NCBI GenBank assembly: GCA_964587075.1
Contig: CAZPKJ010000003.1
Span: forward strand, 1 to 44,397
Reading direction: 5' to 3'
Origin: an uncultured Flavobacteriaceae bacterium
GTDB lineage: Bacteria; Bacteroidota; Bacteroidia; AKYH767-A; OLB10
Length of the DNA: 44,397 bases
In this document: positions 1-9,219 of the stretch, piece by piece
Layout of the letters: each line of letters starts with the position of its first letter
Position numbering within the stretch: the stretch's first letter is position 1
The notes under the pieces: generated by a model
The model's database searches: none
Told to the model about the DNA's origin: nothing
What the model saw: the letters and a program-made list of their open reading frames with translations, nothing else
Position numbers and translations under genes: made by a program

Positions 1-1603
1 GAGCGAACAGGATGCACGCATGTGCTTCGAACGGCATGCAACGTCTAAAATTCTTGCCGCCGAAGATTTATTCGCCATTAAAACCATGGGGTTCCGGGGC
101 GAGGCTATGGCTTCCATTGCTGCTATTGCCCAGGTAGAACTGAAATCCAGGACTTCCGACGCCCCTACCGGTACCCTGGTAAACATATCTGGCGGAACTG
201 TCGAAAAACATGAACCTTGCGCTTGTCAGCCGGGCACCACGGTAATGGTGAAAAACTTATTTTATAATGTTCCCGCCCGACGGAATTTTCTTAAATCAAA
301 TGCTGCCGAAACACGACACCTGGTAGAGGAATTTCAGCGCATAGCACTGGCACATCCCGACAAGGGCTTCACCTTGAACCATGACGGTTTTGAAGTATTT
401 CGTCTGCATCCGGGAAACCTGAAACAACGTATTGCGGGTATTTACGGAAATAGTTATAACGAACGGATTGTTCCGGTTTTTGAAGACACCACTATTCTTT
501 CATTACGCGGATTTGTACTAAAACCGGAGTTTGCAAAAAAAACCCGTGGCGAACAGTATTTTTTTGTAAACCGCCGCTTTATCAAAAACGGATATCTGCA
601 CCATGCCGTAACCGATGCATTCGAAAACCTTTTACCCCATAACAGTTTTGCCTCCTACTTTCTGTTCATTGATATTGACCCGGCAAAAATTGATATTAAT
701 ATTCATCCTACAAAAACTGAAATAAAGTTTGAAGATGAGAAATCGGTTTATGCTATTCTCAGAGCAGCTGTAAAAAGATCGCTGGGAAAATTCAGCGTAA
801 CCCCATCACTCGATTTTGAACAGGAAAATTCCTTTAATATTCCTGTAGGGATGTATAATACAACACCAAAACAACCTGTTCTCAATATAAATCCGGCTTT
901 CAACCCGTTTAAGGAACAACATCCGGTTCAACCGGCCCGCTCGTGGGAAAAATTATATGAAGCGGCGTTAAAACGCGATGACTCTGATAGTATACAAACA
1001 ATAATTGAAAACAGTGTTCATGATGAATCTCTTTTGGTGTTACAACAACTGAACCGGAAATATATCCTTTGTTCGCGCGACGGACAAATTCTGGTTATTG
1101 ACCAGCAGGCTGCACATGAGCGGATCCTTTACGAACGTCATGAGGCCATGATTAACCAGTCGCCGGGCTCTAGCCAGCAGGATTTGTTTCCAAAGACTAT
1201 AGAGTTTTCGCACGACGACTTTGTGCTGTTAAAGGAAATCGGCGATGATATCAGAAAAATGGGGTTTGATATTCGTGAATTCGGATTAAATACTTTTGTT
1301 TTGAATGGTATTCCTGCAGGAATCAAATCCGGTAACGAAAAGCAACTCATCGAAAATATACTCGAATCATACAAAAACTTTAATACCAGCTACAAAAACC
1401 TGAACCGTGAAAACTTACTGAAAAGTGTTGCGTTTAACCTTTCGGTGAAACCAGGTGATGAACTTGATGAGCGTGAAATGGAAAAAATTGCCACCGACCT
1501 GTTCAGGTGCGTACAACCTAACTATACGCCGGGGGGCAAGCCAACTTTCGTGATTATAAACGTTAATGACCTCGATAGGAAATTTCAGCAACGACCAAAC
1601 TAA
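1..1603 (+). CDS. mutL: DNA mismatch repair protein MutL, 5'-truncated by the window edge
   Basis: The frame is open from base 2. FERHATSKI (GHKL ATPase region) sits at the very start. Transducer motifs FVNRRFIK and DINIHPTKTEIKF and the C-terminal dimerisation region VIDQQAAHERILYE are present. The ATG at 20 is internal. Confidence 0.9.
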   Translation, partial: SEQDARMCFERHATSKILAAEDLFAIKTMGFRGEAMASIAAIAQVELKSRTSDAPTGTLVNISGGTVEKHEPCACQPGTTVMVKNLFYNVPARRNFLKSNAAETRHLVEEFQRIALAHPDKGFTLNHDGFEVFRLHPGNLKQRIAGIYGNSYNERIVPVFEDTTILSLRGFVLKPEFAKKTRGEQYFFVNRRFIKNGYLHHAVTDAFENLLPHNSFASYFLFIDIDPAKIDINIHPTKTEIKFEDEKSVYAILRAAVKRSLGKFSVTPSLDFEQENSFNIPVGMYNTTPKQPVLNINPAFNPFKEQHPVQPARSWEKLYEAALKRDDSDSIQTIIENSVHDESLLVLQQLNRKYILCSRDGQILVIDQQAAHERILYERHEAMINQSPGSSQQDLFPKTIEFSHDDFVLLKEIGDDIRKMGFDIREFGLNTFVLNGIPAGIKSGNEKQLIENILESYKNFNTSYKNLNRENLLKSVAFNLSVKPGDELDEREMEKIATDLFRCVQPNYTPGGKPTFVIINVNDLDRKFQQRPN

Positions 1604-1618
1604 AACCCGATAACTTTT

Positions 1619-2461
1619 ATGTCGTACCAGCAGTTCAGGCCCACTTCCTTCAACATATTGCCTGTTGTTGTTAAAAACCTGCTTATCATAAACACCATCA
1701 TGTGGCTTGCCGAAACGGTTTTCGAAAAGCAGCTCGGCTTCAGCATGAATCAAATGTTCGGGCTTTATTTTCCGGCCAGTACTCTTTTTGTTCCCTACCA
1801 GTATGTTACCCACCTGTTCATGCATGGAAATTTCATACATCTGTTGAGTAACATGTTTGCCCTTTGGATGTTTGGAACGGTGCTTGAAAATTTCTGGGGG
1901 CCTAAACGGTTTCTGGTTTATTATTTCATTACCGGGCTTGGAGCTGCATTCATACATACGTTAAGTACCGGCTATGAAATCGGGATGCTCAGCAATACCA
2001 TTTCCGAATATGCCCAGGCTCCCGATTTCCAGGCATTCCTCAGCCTGATGCAGAATAATGTGATGTATATTTCACGCGACACCCTCGACCAGGTAAACGT
2101 GTTTATAAACAAATGGGAACTGATGCCGTCCGATGCTGTACTGGCACAACAATCGGTTGCATTTGCCAGAGAGCTGGTTGAATTTAAAATGAATATACCC
2201 ACGGTAGGTGCATCGGGAGCAGTATTCGGGGTGTTGCTCGCATTCGGAATGCTCTTCCCGAATCATGTTATTTATCTCTACTTCGCTATTCCGATAAAAG
2301 CGAAGTACTTTGTAATTTTATACGGGTTGTTTGAACTTTATTCAGGGTTTTCAAATAATCCCGGCGATAATGTGGCACATTTCGCTCACCTTGGCGGGAT
2401 GCTGTTTGGTTTTATTCTGATAAAATTCTGGAACAAAAGAGACCGTAACCGATTTTACTGA
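1619..2461 (+). CDS. rhomboid family intramembrane serine protease (paralog 1)
   Basis: Six predicted TM segments. HLLSNM (HxxxN) in TM2, GASGAVFG (GxSG catalytic Ser) in TM4, AHLGGMLFG (catalytic His) in TM6. ATG start 16 nt after the mutL stop. Confidence 0.85.
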   Translation: MSYQQFRPTSFNILPVVVKNLLIINTIMWLAETVFEKQLGFSMNQMFGLYFPASTLFVPYQYVTHLFMHGNFIHLLSNMFALWMFGTVLENFWGPKRFLVYYFITGLGAAFIHTLSTGYEIGMLSNTISEYAQAPDFQAFLSLMQNNVMYISRDTLDQVNVFINKWELMPSDAVLAQQSVAFARELVEFKMNIPTVGASGAVFGVLLAFGMLFPNHVIYLYFAIPIKAKYFVILYGLFELYSGFSNNPGDNVAHFAHLGGMLFGFILIKFWNKRDRNRFY

Positions 2462-2462
2462 G

Positions 2463-3356
2463 ATGAAATTTATTGATGAATTAAAACTCAATTTTATTGG
2501 CGCCACGGGACTGTTCAGGGTGATGATGGTTAATATTTTTGTGTTTATTGGGATTTCGCTGTTTAAACTTATTTTGTTCCTGGCAGGTTATTCCGATATA
2601 TGGGTACTGAAATTAATTGATTTCATCTCGCTAAAATCCTACATTCCCGCAATTGCCCTTCAACCCTGGTCGGTAATTTCGTATATGTTCGTGCATGAGG
2701 CTTTCTTTCACTTTTTATTTAACATGATTATTTTATTCTGGACAGGCAAACTGTTTTGTGATTTTTTTACTTCAAAAAAACTGGTGGCAGTATATATTTT
2801 AGGTGGAATTTCAGGCGGTGTATTTTATGTTACCGGATATAACCTGTTTCCAACTTTTGCCGATGTGTTATTGCATTCAAGGCTCATTGGTGCTTCGGCG
2901 GGAGCCATTGCCATACTTACGGCCATTGCTACATGGATGCCGAACTATACAGTGCATTTATTTTTATTCGGCGCCATCCGGCTGAAGTGGATTGCCATTA
3001 TCATGGTATTGCTGTACCTGATTAGTATTCCCAATGGTAACGCTGGTGGCCATTTTTCACATATCGGTGGTGCTGTTTTCGGATTTGCGTATGCCATGGG
3101 ACGTAAAAATGGAATTGATACAGGCAAGTGGCTCGAACAACTCCTCGATAAAATCGTACACCTTTTTAGTTTCAGCAAAAAACTGAAAATGGTTCACAGT
3201 ACAACGGGCCGGGGTACACCCGGGAAAAAGAAAGCGGCATCGAACCAGGAACAAATTGATGTAATCCTCGATAAAATCAGCCGGTCGGGTTACAACAGCC
3301 TTACCAGTGAGGAAAAACAAATTTTATTCAATGCCAGTAAAAACACCGACTCATAA
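2463..3356 (+). CDS. rhomboid family protein (paralog 2) with a C-terminal cytoplasmic tail
   Basis: HFLFNM (HxxxN), GASAGAIA (Ser kept, but GxSA instead of GxSG), SHIGGAVFG (His). About 70 aa soluble tail ending ILDKISRSGYNSLTSEEKQILF. Starts 2 nt after the paralog 1 stop. Confidence 0.8.
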   Translation: MKFIDELKLNFIGATGLFRVMMVNIFVFIGISLFKLILFLAGYSDIWVLKLIDFISLKSYIPAIALQPWSVISYMFVHEAFFHFLFNMIILFWTGKLFCDFFTSKKLVAVYILGGISGGVFYVTGYNLFPTFADVLLHSRLIGASAGAIAILTAIATWMPNYTVHLFLFGAIRLKWIAIIMVLLYLISIPNGNAGGHFSHIGGAVFGFAYAMGRKNGIDTGKWLEQLLDKIVHLFSFSKKLKMVHSTTGRGTPGKKKAASNQEQIDVILDKISRSGYNSLTSEEKQILFNASKNTDS

Positions 3357-3398
3357 TCCGGAATCATTTTGATGTTCCGCCGTTAACATACCAGGTCA

Positions 3399-4511
3399 AT
3401 GAAGAGTGATCTTATCAGGAAACTTTTTTGGATATCGGCACTGTTTGTAGCTGTTATAACTGTTATTTCAGCCTGGGAAGGGGTACTTGACCCGGATAAA
3501 TGGTGGTTCTTTTCAATCACCGGCCTGGTTTTCCCAATGTTTTTTATCCTCAATCTGGTTATGATGCTGACAGGATTCCTCATAAACAAACGGCTGGCTA
3601 TTGTCCCCCTGGCAGCGTTCTTACTTACAGTAGTAAAATCGACTGCTTTTTTCCAGCTTAATACCAGCACTAAAAAACCCGACTATATTGAAGGTCAGTC
3701 AGTTGAAATCAAGTTCCTGAGTTTCAACGTAAGACTTTTCGATTTGTACAACTGGTCGCATAATTACGAAACCCGTGAAAAAATATTCAATTTTTTAAGT
3801 CAGACTGATGCCGGTATTGTCTGTTTTCAGGAGTTCTATTCCTCCGACCGCGACAACATGAACAATGAGGAGGCGCTGAAGGGTATTCTGAATATGAAGT
3901 ACCGGCATATTGAGTACCCTGTTAATAAGTATACAACCGATCATTACGGTATCGCTACCTATACCAGCTTCCCGATTGTTAACCGGGGGGTTTTGTATCT
4001 CGATAAATACTCAACTAATATTTGTATTTATTCCGACTTAAAGGTCGATAACGACACCATCCGGATTTATAACTGTCATCTTCAGTCGGTCCGATTTGGT
4101 ACCGAGGATTATAAATTCCTTGAAGAAATTGGAAAAAGTGGTCAGGATACTGAGACTATCCGACGCACCAGGACCATTTTAGGCAGGTTAAAACGGGCTT
4201 TTATTAAACGTGCAGGGCAGGCCGAACAGATTGCCCTTCATATTGCTCAGTCGCCTCATCCGGTAATTATTTGTGGTGATTTTAATGATACCGCACTCTC
4301 CTACTGCTATAAAACCATTTCGAAAAACCTGCTCGACGCATTTATTGAATCGGGCAATGGCCTGGGCAGGACTTATGCCGGACCCATACCCGGACTCAGG
4401 ATTGATTATATCCTATACAGCGATAAATTAACCTCTTATGGATATAAAACTCACCGGGTCAAACTCAGCGACCACTACCCGATTGAGGCAACATTTGTGA
4501 TAAATCCCTAA
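3399..4511 (+). CDS. membrane-anchored endonuclease/exonuclease/phosphatase (EEP) family protein
   Basis: N-terminal TM helices followed by EEP motifs LSFNVR, NCHLQS, ICGDFND, RIDYILYS and LSDHYPI. Confidence 0.8.
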   Translation: MKSDLIRKLFWISALFVAVITVISAWEGVLDPDKWWFFSITGLVFPMFFILNLVMMLTGFLINKRLAIVPLAAFLLTVVKSTAFFQLNTSTKKPDYIEGQSVEIKFLSFNVRLFDLYNWSHNYETREKIFNFLSQTDAGIVCFQEFYSSDRDNMNNEEALKGILNMKYRHIEYPVNKYTTDHYGIATYTSFPIVNRGVLYLDKYSTNICIYSDLKVDNDTIRIYNCHLQSVRFGTEDYKFLEEIGKSGQDTETIRRTRTILGRLKRAFIKRAGQAEQIALHIAQSPHPVIICGDFNDTALSYCYKTISKNLLDAFIESGNGLGRTYAGPIPGLRIDYILYSDKLTSYGYKTHRVKLSDHYPIEATFVINP

Positions 4512-4540
4512 AAAAATAATTTAGTTGAAATAAAAATTTA

Positions 4541-4548
4541 TAAATTTG
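4541..4548 (+). promoter_or_regulatory. candidate Bacteroidota sigma-A -7 box (TAAATTTG)
   Basis: Exact match to TAnnTTTG, 30 nt after the EEP stop and 218 nt upstream of the Cas6-like ATG. A TTG lies at 4525-4527, but the spacing is shorter than typical. Confidence 0.4.
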
Positions 4549-4765
4549 CAACACAAGGGTTTAAGCGGATGCTCCTGATAAAATCAGACTGACTCTCTGA
4601 ATTTCTCCCTTTAGTTTCACCATTTGTCTAATGTTACAGCACATATAGCTATTCAGTATCACCTCAGGCACTTTTTAATTATTGCAAGTGCCAATTGATT
4701 ATTATTACTTTGTACCGGGAAAATTTCACTATTACTAACTAACCAACTTATCAATTTTTTAAGCC

Positions 4766-5503
4766 ATGAGAATCAAGATTTCTTTTCTTAGAGAACACGC
4801 ATCCGCCAACTCTATTCCACTTCATCACCAAAAACTTCTCGCCGACAGCCTGGGTGAGTACATCGACGAAATAACATCTGACCGTACCATGTTTAATTTT
4901 TCATCTCTGAAAGGAACATCAAAAATTACTAATGGGTTCATGCGGTTCCTTTCGTCTAAGATCACACTGGTGGTGTCGAGCCGTAACCAGGAGTTTGCCG
5001 AAGAACTGGTAAAAAAAGTATTTGATAAGCCATTCCTGGCTGTTGGAAAAATGAATCTGATTCCAAAAACATATGAGGTTATCCCCGATCCCTCTTTTCA
5101 AACCAAAATGCGATACCTGTGTATTTCACCTCTTATCATGGTCAATCCCGATAAGGAACCCGATCGTGCACAGGAGATGATTGACCCTACTTCGCAGCAA
5201 TTCTCCGATATCCTTTACAACATCACGTTAGACCGGATGGAGCGGGCCGGATATTCGGAATCGCAGCTGAATGAATTTGCCGAATTCGAAGCCATGCCCG
5301 ATATGGAGTACATTAATAAAATAAATGAATCCGGTAAAAAATATGCCCGGTTTTATAAATCGGCCGAAGGTAACACCATGCTTGGCTTTTTACTTCCTCT
5401 TACGCTTCATGCCCACCCCGAAGTTCATAAATTTATCTGGGAAGTTGGCATAGGTGTACTTACAGAGGAAGGCTACGGAATGATAGACCTTGTAAAGTCT
5501 TAA
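4766..5503 (+). CDS. stand-alone Cas6-like RAMP-fold protein (putative endoribonuclease)
   Basis: N-terminal strand MRIKISF. Helix IPLHHQKLLADSLGEYI resembles the conserved first helix of Cas6. A second ferredoxin-like half (LCISPLIM ... LLPLTLHAHPEV). C-terminal glycine-rich loop GIGVLTEEGYG fits GhGxxxxxGhG, 7 residues from the end. Assigned by eye only. Confidence 0.55.
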   Translation: MRIKISFLREHASANSIPLHHQKLLADSLGEYIDEITSDRTMFNFSSLKGTSKITNGFMRFLSSKITLVVSSRNQEFAEELVKKVFDKPFLAVGKMNLIPKTYEVIPDPSFQTKMRYLCISPLIMVNPDKEPDRAQEMIDPTSQQFSDILYNITLDRMERAGYSESQLNEFAEFEAMPDMEYINKINESGKKYARFYKSAEGNTMLGFLLPLTLHAHPEVHKFIWEVGIGVLTEEGYGMIDLVKS

Positions 5504-5532
5504 TTTACGAATCATCAGCACTAAAATCATGT

Positions 5533-5561
5533 AAAACAGGACTATCGGTCCTGTTTTTTTG
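5533..5561 (+). terminator. rho-independent terminator after the Cas6-like gene
   Basis: AAAACAGGAC-TATCG-GTCCTGTTTT stem-loop followed by a T run. Confidence 0.8.
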
Positions 5562-5576
5562 TTTATGTTTACCCGC

Positions 5577-7529
5577 ATGAAACGGATCGTTTTGATTGCT
5601 GTAGCCTTAACAGCATTGGCTGCTGCTTCTTACTTTTTAGGTCGGGATTATTTTCTTAAAAAAATTATTTCCAAAGCGGAAAGAAAGCTGGCTCTTCGTG
5701 GCATCAGGTTAGCCACCGATAAAGCATCCTTTACAGGATTGAATACCATTCATATTTCAGGTGTTTCCTTAATTCCAGAAACGGGCGACACCATCATGCA
5801 ATGCAGCAGCATACGTATGGACCTTGTGCCCTGGAGATGGGTTACCACCGGACTGCCGGTGAATCATTTAAAAATAGATACCGGTTACCTCCAGCTGATT
5901 CAATATTCCGACAGCACATCAAATTTTGCAAATCTTTTTTCATCCCGAACCAAAACACCGGAAACCACAGAAACTGAAAGTGGGGCATATAATTTCCTGC
6001 ATCTGTTTGAAACGCTGCGCAAGCAACTTACTATTCTTACTTCATTTAATATTGAAATAGTTGATTTTAACCTGCGTTTCAATTCTCCCCGTTATAGCGA
6101 ATCGCTTTTTTTGCATGAGTTTAATCTTTTTCAGAACCATTACGAATTGCGGGCTTCAGAGCACCTGAATTCACATGTTACTACTTTCAGGCTGAACGGG
6201 GATGCCGATCCTGCCGGAGGTAAGATCAGTTTCTGGAGCCATAAAGACTCACCCGGTTATATTTATTTCCCTTTTGCCAAAAAGTTTGATGAACTTAAGG
6301 TATTTACCGAAGCCGTTGGCGGTGAAATAACCATACATGGAGACCGGGATGAAAAAATTTACATTAACATCCAGGCTGCCACCATCCATCCCGGTATCAA
6401 TCACTGGCGCATTGGCCCCGATGATGTTACCCTCGACAGCCTGTCTGTGCACATTGCCACTGAAATTACCCGGGATGCCATTCGCACAACCGATACCTGT
6501 TTTATAAAGCTGAACCAGATTCCCGTTTGGTTTACCACTGAACTTGAAAAAAGCGCCAATTCCCGCTTCAGGTTGACAGCCCGGATAAATCAGATGGATG
6601 CCCGGGCCTTTTTTAATTCCCTCCCCGATGGATTATTTAATTCACTGACCGGACTTGAATCATCCGGAAAGCTTAGTTACCATTTGAATTTCGAGGTCGA
6701 TATGAACGAACCCGATAGTCTCATTTTTGAATCGGAACTAAAAGGGCAGGATTTTAAAATAGAAAAATTTGGTAAAGAAAACTTAACCATGATTAACGGT
6801 GAATTTATCCACGATGCACTTGATGGTGATAAAGTGGTAAGATCCATTGCAGTCGGGCCGTCAAATCCCTATTTCTGCCGCCTCGAAAACATATCACCGC
6901 TTCTTGTAAATTCGGTTCTCATTGCTGAAGATGGTTCATTTTATTCACATCGTGGCTTCAGCCTGAATGCTTTCCGGAAATCGATGGCAACAAATATTAA
7001 GGAGCGCCGGTTCGCACGGGGAGGCAGCACCATTTCCATGCAACTGGTAAAAAATGTATTTCTTAACCGGGGTAAAAATATTTCACGCAAAATTGAAGAG
7101 GCGCTTATAGTCTGGCTCATTGAAAATGAACGATTGGTTTCGAAACAGCGGATGCTTGAGGTATATTTAAATATTATTGAGTGGGGCCCCGGAATATATG
7201 GAATTGGTGAGGCATCGGAATATTATTTCAGCAAACACCCTTCACAACTAAATATGGATGAATCCATTTTTCTTTCAGCAATTATTCCCCGTCCAAAATA
7301 TTTCAGGTATCATTTCGATAAGGAAGGAAAACTGAAACCTTATCTTGAAAATTATTTCAGGCTCGTTTCGGGCCGGTTGGTTTCGAAATCGGTTATTGAT
7401 GAATCACAGCTTCATGAATTAAAATTCGAAGTTTCTTTAAGCGGCCGGGCCCGTGAACTGGTGGTGCCTTCCGATACATTACTGCCCGACTCGCTGCCAG
7501 TTGAAGAACCCTTATTATTCTTTGAATAG
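5577..7529 (+). CDS. GT51 peptidoglycan transglycosylase domain protein with a long N-terminal extension
   Basis: The C-terminal third carries AEDGSFYSHRGF, GGSTISMQLVKN and RKIEEALI (GT51 motifs). N-terminal signal anchor MKRIVLIAVALTALAAA, then about 430 aa with no motifs I recognise. The track start at 5559 is a TTG inside the upstream terminator T run, so ATG 5577 is preferred (5565 is possible). Confidence 0.8.
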   Translation: MKRIVLIAVALTALAAASYFLGRDYFLKKIISKAERKLALRGIRLATDKASFTGLNTIHISGVSLIPETGDTIMQCSSIRMDLVPWRWVTTGLPVNHLKIDTGYLQLIQYSDSTSNFANLFSSRTKTPETTETESGAYNFLHLFETLRKQLTILTSFNIEIVDFNLRFNSPRYSESLFLHEFNLFQNHYELRASEHLNSHVTTFRLNGDADPAGGKISFWSHKDSPGYIYFPFAKKFDELKVFTEAVGGEITIHGDRDEKIYINIQAATIHPGINHWRIGPDDVTLDSLSVHIATEITRDAIRTTDTCFIKLNQIPVWFTTELEKSANSRFRLTARINQMDARAFFNSLPDGLFNSLTGLESSGKLSYHLNFEVDMNEPDSLIFESELKGQDFKIEKFGKENLTMINGEFIHDALDGDKVVRSIAVGPSNPYFCRLENISPLLVNSVLIAEDGSFYSHRGFSLNAFRKSMATNIKERRFARGGSTISMQLVKNVFLNRGKNISRKIEEALIVWLIENERLVSKQRMLEVYLNIIEWGPGIYGIGEASEYYFSKHPSQLNMDESIFLSAIIPRPKYFRYHFDKEGKLKPYLENYFRLVSGRLVSKSVIDESQLHELKFEVSLSGRARELVVPSDTLLPDSLPVEEPLLFFE

Positions 7530-7547
7530 TAAAATAACACCCTGTAT

Positions 7548-8849
7548 ATGTCAACCCACCCCGAAAAGAACAGTGCCAATACAAACATGTTTAACTGGCT
7601 GGTTATTATTGCAGCGCTGGGTTACTTCGTGGATATTTATGACCTGGTTCTTTTTAATGTCATTAAACGTGAAAGCCTCGAATATATTCAGCTACATACA
7701 GGTGCTCAGTTCAACATAAAGGATATGGGAATATTTTTGTTTAACTGCCAGATGGGCGGCATGCTGATTGGCGGGATCCTGTGGGGAATATGGGGGGATA
7801 AAAAAGGAAGGATATCGGTTCTGTTTGGGAGTATAATTCTTTATTCAATCGCCAACATATTAAATGCATTTACTTTAGATATCACTTCCTATGCGATAAT
7901 AAGGGTTTTGGCGGGAATTGGACTTGCAGGAGAACTGGGTGCGGGGATCACACTGGTTTCGGAGACCATGCACAAGGAAAAACGGGGGTATGGAACCATG
8001 GTTATTGTAACATTCGGGGCACTTGGCGCCGTGCTGGCAGCACTTGTGGGATCCGAGGGCCATTATGTTGCCTTTGCGATTGAAAACCTGACAGGTTATA
8101 AATTACAAAACTGGCAGGTTGTTTACCTTATTGGCGGAACGTTAGGACTGTTGTTGCTGATATTGAGGGTTGGCGCCTTTGAATCGGGAATGTTTAAAGA
8201 TATGATGAAAACAGAAGTTAAAAAAGGTGACTTTTTTGCTTTGTTTAAAACCCGTGACAACGCATTACGTTATGTAAGCTGTATTTTGATCGGCTTGCCA
8301 ATCTGGTTTATGATAGGAGTTCCCGTAGCGTTATCGCAGGATATATTTGCTGCCGAACTTGGCATTTCGGGAATAGTAAATGGCAAAGCGGTAATGTATG
8401 CCTACTTAGGATTATCGGCAGGCGACCTGTTATCGGGGTTATTGAGCCAGTGGATGCGCAGCCGCCGTAAAGTGGTATTCATCTACCTTACCTTTTCGCT
8501 GATGCTGATTGTTTATTACGTGTCCGGGGCAAAAAATATCAGTGCCGATGGATATTACCTTTTATGTTTTCTGTTAGGAATTGCGTCGGGATACTGGGCC
8601 ATTTTTGTAACAATTGCCAGTGAACAGTTCGGAACAAATATCAGGAGCACGGTTACCAATACCGTTCCCAATTTTGTGCGGGGAGCTGTACTGCCCATTA
8701 CAACCGGGTTTACATTTGTTGCAGGAATTACCACAAGCTTAACCAGTGTGTTAATTATTGGCTTTGTTTGTATTGCACTTGCGTGGATAGCTACCTTGTA
8801 TATTAAAGAATCATTTGCCAAAGACCTTAATTATTTCGAAACTTTATAA
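7548..8849 (+). CDS. MFS transporter
   Basis: About 12 TM segments. GDKKGR loop motif between TM2 and TM3. Confidence 0.8.
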   Translation: MSTHPEKNSANTNMFNWLVIIAALGYFVDIYDLVLFNVIKRESLEYIQLHTGAQFNIKDMGIFLFNCQMGGMLIGGILWGIWGDKKGRISVLFGSIILYSIANILNAFTLDITSYAIIRVLAGIGLAGELGAGITLVSETMHKEKRGYGTMVIVTFGALGAVLAALVGSEGHYVAFAIENLTGYKLQNWQVVYLIGGTLGLLLLILRVGAFESGMFKDMMKTEVKKGDFFALFKTRDNALRYVSCILIGLPIWFMIGVPVALSQDIFAAELGISGIVNGKAVMYAYLGLSAGDLLSGLLSQWMRSRRKVVFIYLTFSLMLIVYYVSGAKNISADGYYLLCFLLGIASGYWAIFVTIASEQFGTNIRSTVTNTVPNFVRGAVLPITTGFTFVAGITTSLTSVLIIGFVCIALAWIATLYIKESFAKDLNYFETL

Positions 8850-8851
8850 GT

Positions 8852-9217
8852 ATGAAAAAACAAACATCCCTGGTTGTTGGTGCCAGCAGTAACCCTGCGC
8901 GATATGCGTACAAAGCAGTTCTCAGACTGCGCGAAAACCAATATCAGGTGGAAGCTCTTGGACTTAAAGAGGGCGTAATAGGTGATGTTTCCATCCGTAC
9001 GGGGCGCCCGCATTTTGACGATATCCATACCATTACGCTTTATGTTCGTCCCGAAATACAGAAAACCATGTACGATTATTTGCTTTCTCTGAACCCTGCC
9101 AGGATCATCTTTAATCCGGGGACCGAAAATAATGAGTTCAGCTCCATGGCTGAATCGAAAGGCATTGAAACCCTCGAAGCCTGTACCCTGGTTTTACTTT
9201 CGGTAAAGCAGTATTAA
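8852..9217 (+). CDS. CoA-binding domain protein (YccU-like)
   Basis: 121 aa. VVGASSNPARYAYKAV Rossmann-like CoA-binding N-terminus. Starts 2 nt after the MFS stop. Confidence 0.7.
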   Translation: MKKQTSLVVGASSNPARYAYKAVLRLRENQYQVEALGLKEGVIGDVSIRTGRPHFDDIHTITLYVRPEIQKTMYDYLLSLNPARIIFNPGTENNEFSSMAESKGIETLEACTLVLLSVKQY

Positions 9218-9219
9218 TT

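Noticed and set aside
1415-1957. A 180-aa minus-strand ORF spanning the mutL end and the rhomboid start.
   Set aside because: It is antisense to two well-supported genes and crosses their intergenic gap. Its composition is not protein-like.
4512-4765. I searched the Cas6-like leader for a mini CRISPR array or degenerate repeats.
   Set aside because: The only repeat is a weak resemblance (about 12 of 21 nt) between AGTTTCACCATTTG... (about 4612) and AATTTCACTATTAC... (about 4722). There is no regular repeat-spacer periodicity, so no CRISPR call is justified.
5559-5576. N-terminal extensions produced by the longest-ORF rule with TTG/GTG starts. This applies here and at 14193-14288, 15193-15216, 17876-17917, 30988-31050, 33618-33650, 39094-39177 and 39573-39581.
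   Set aside because: In each case the extension either overlaps a terminator, a promoter box or the neighbouring gene, or precedes an obvious signal peptide that begins at an internal ATG. Downstream starts were adopted.
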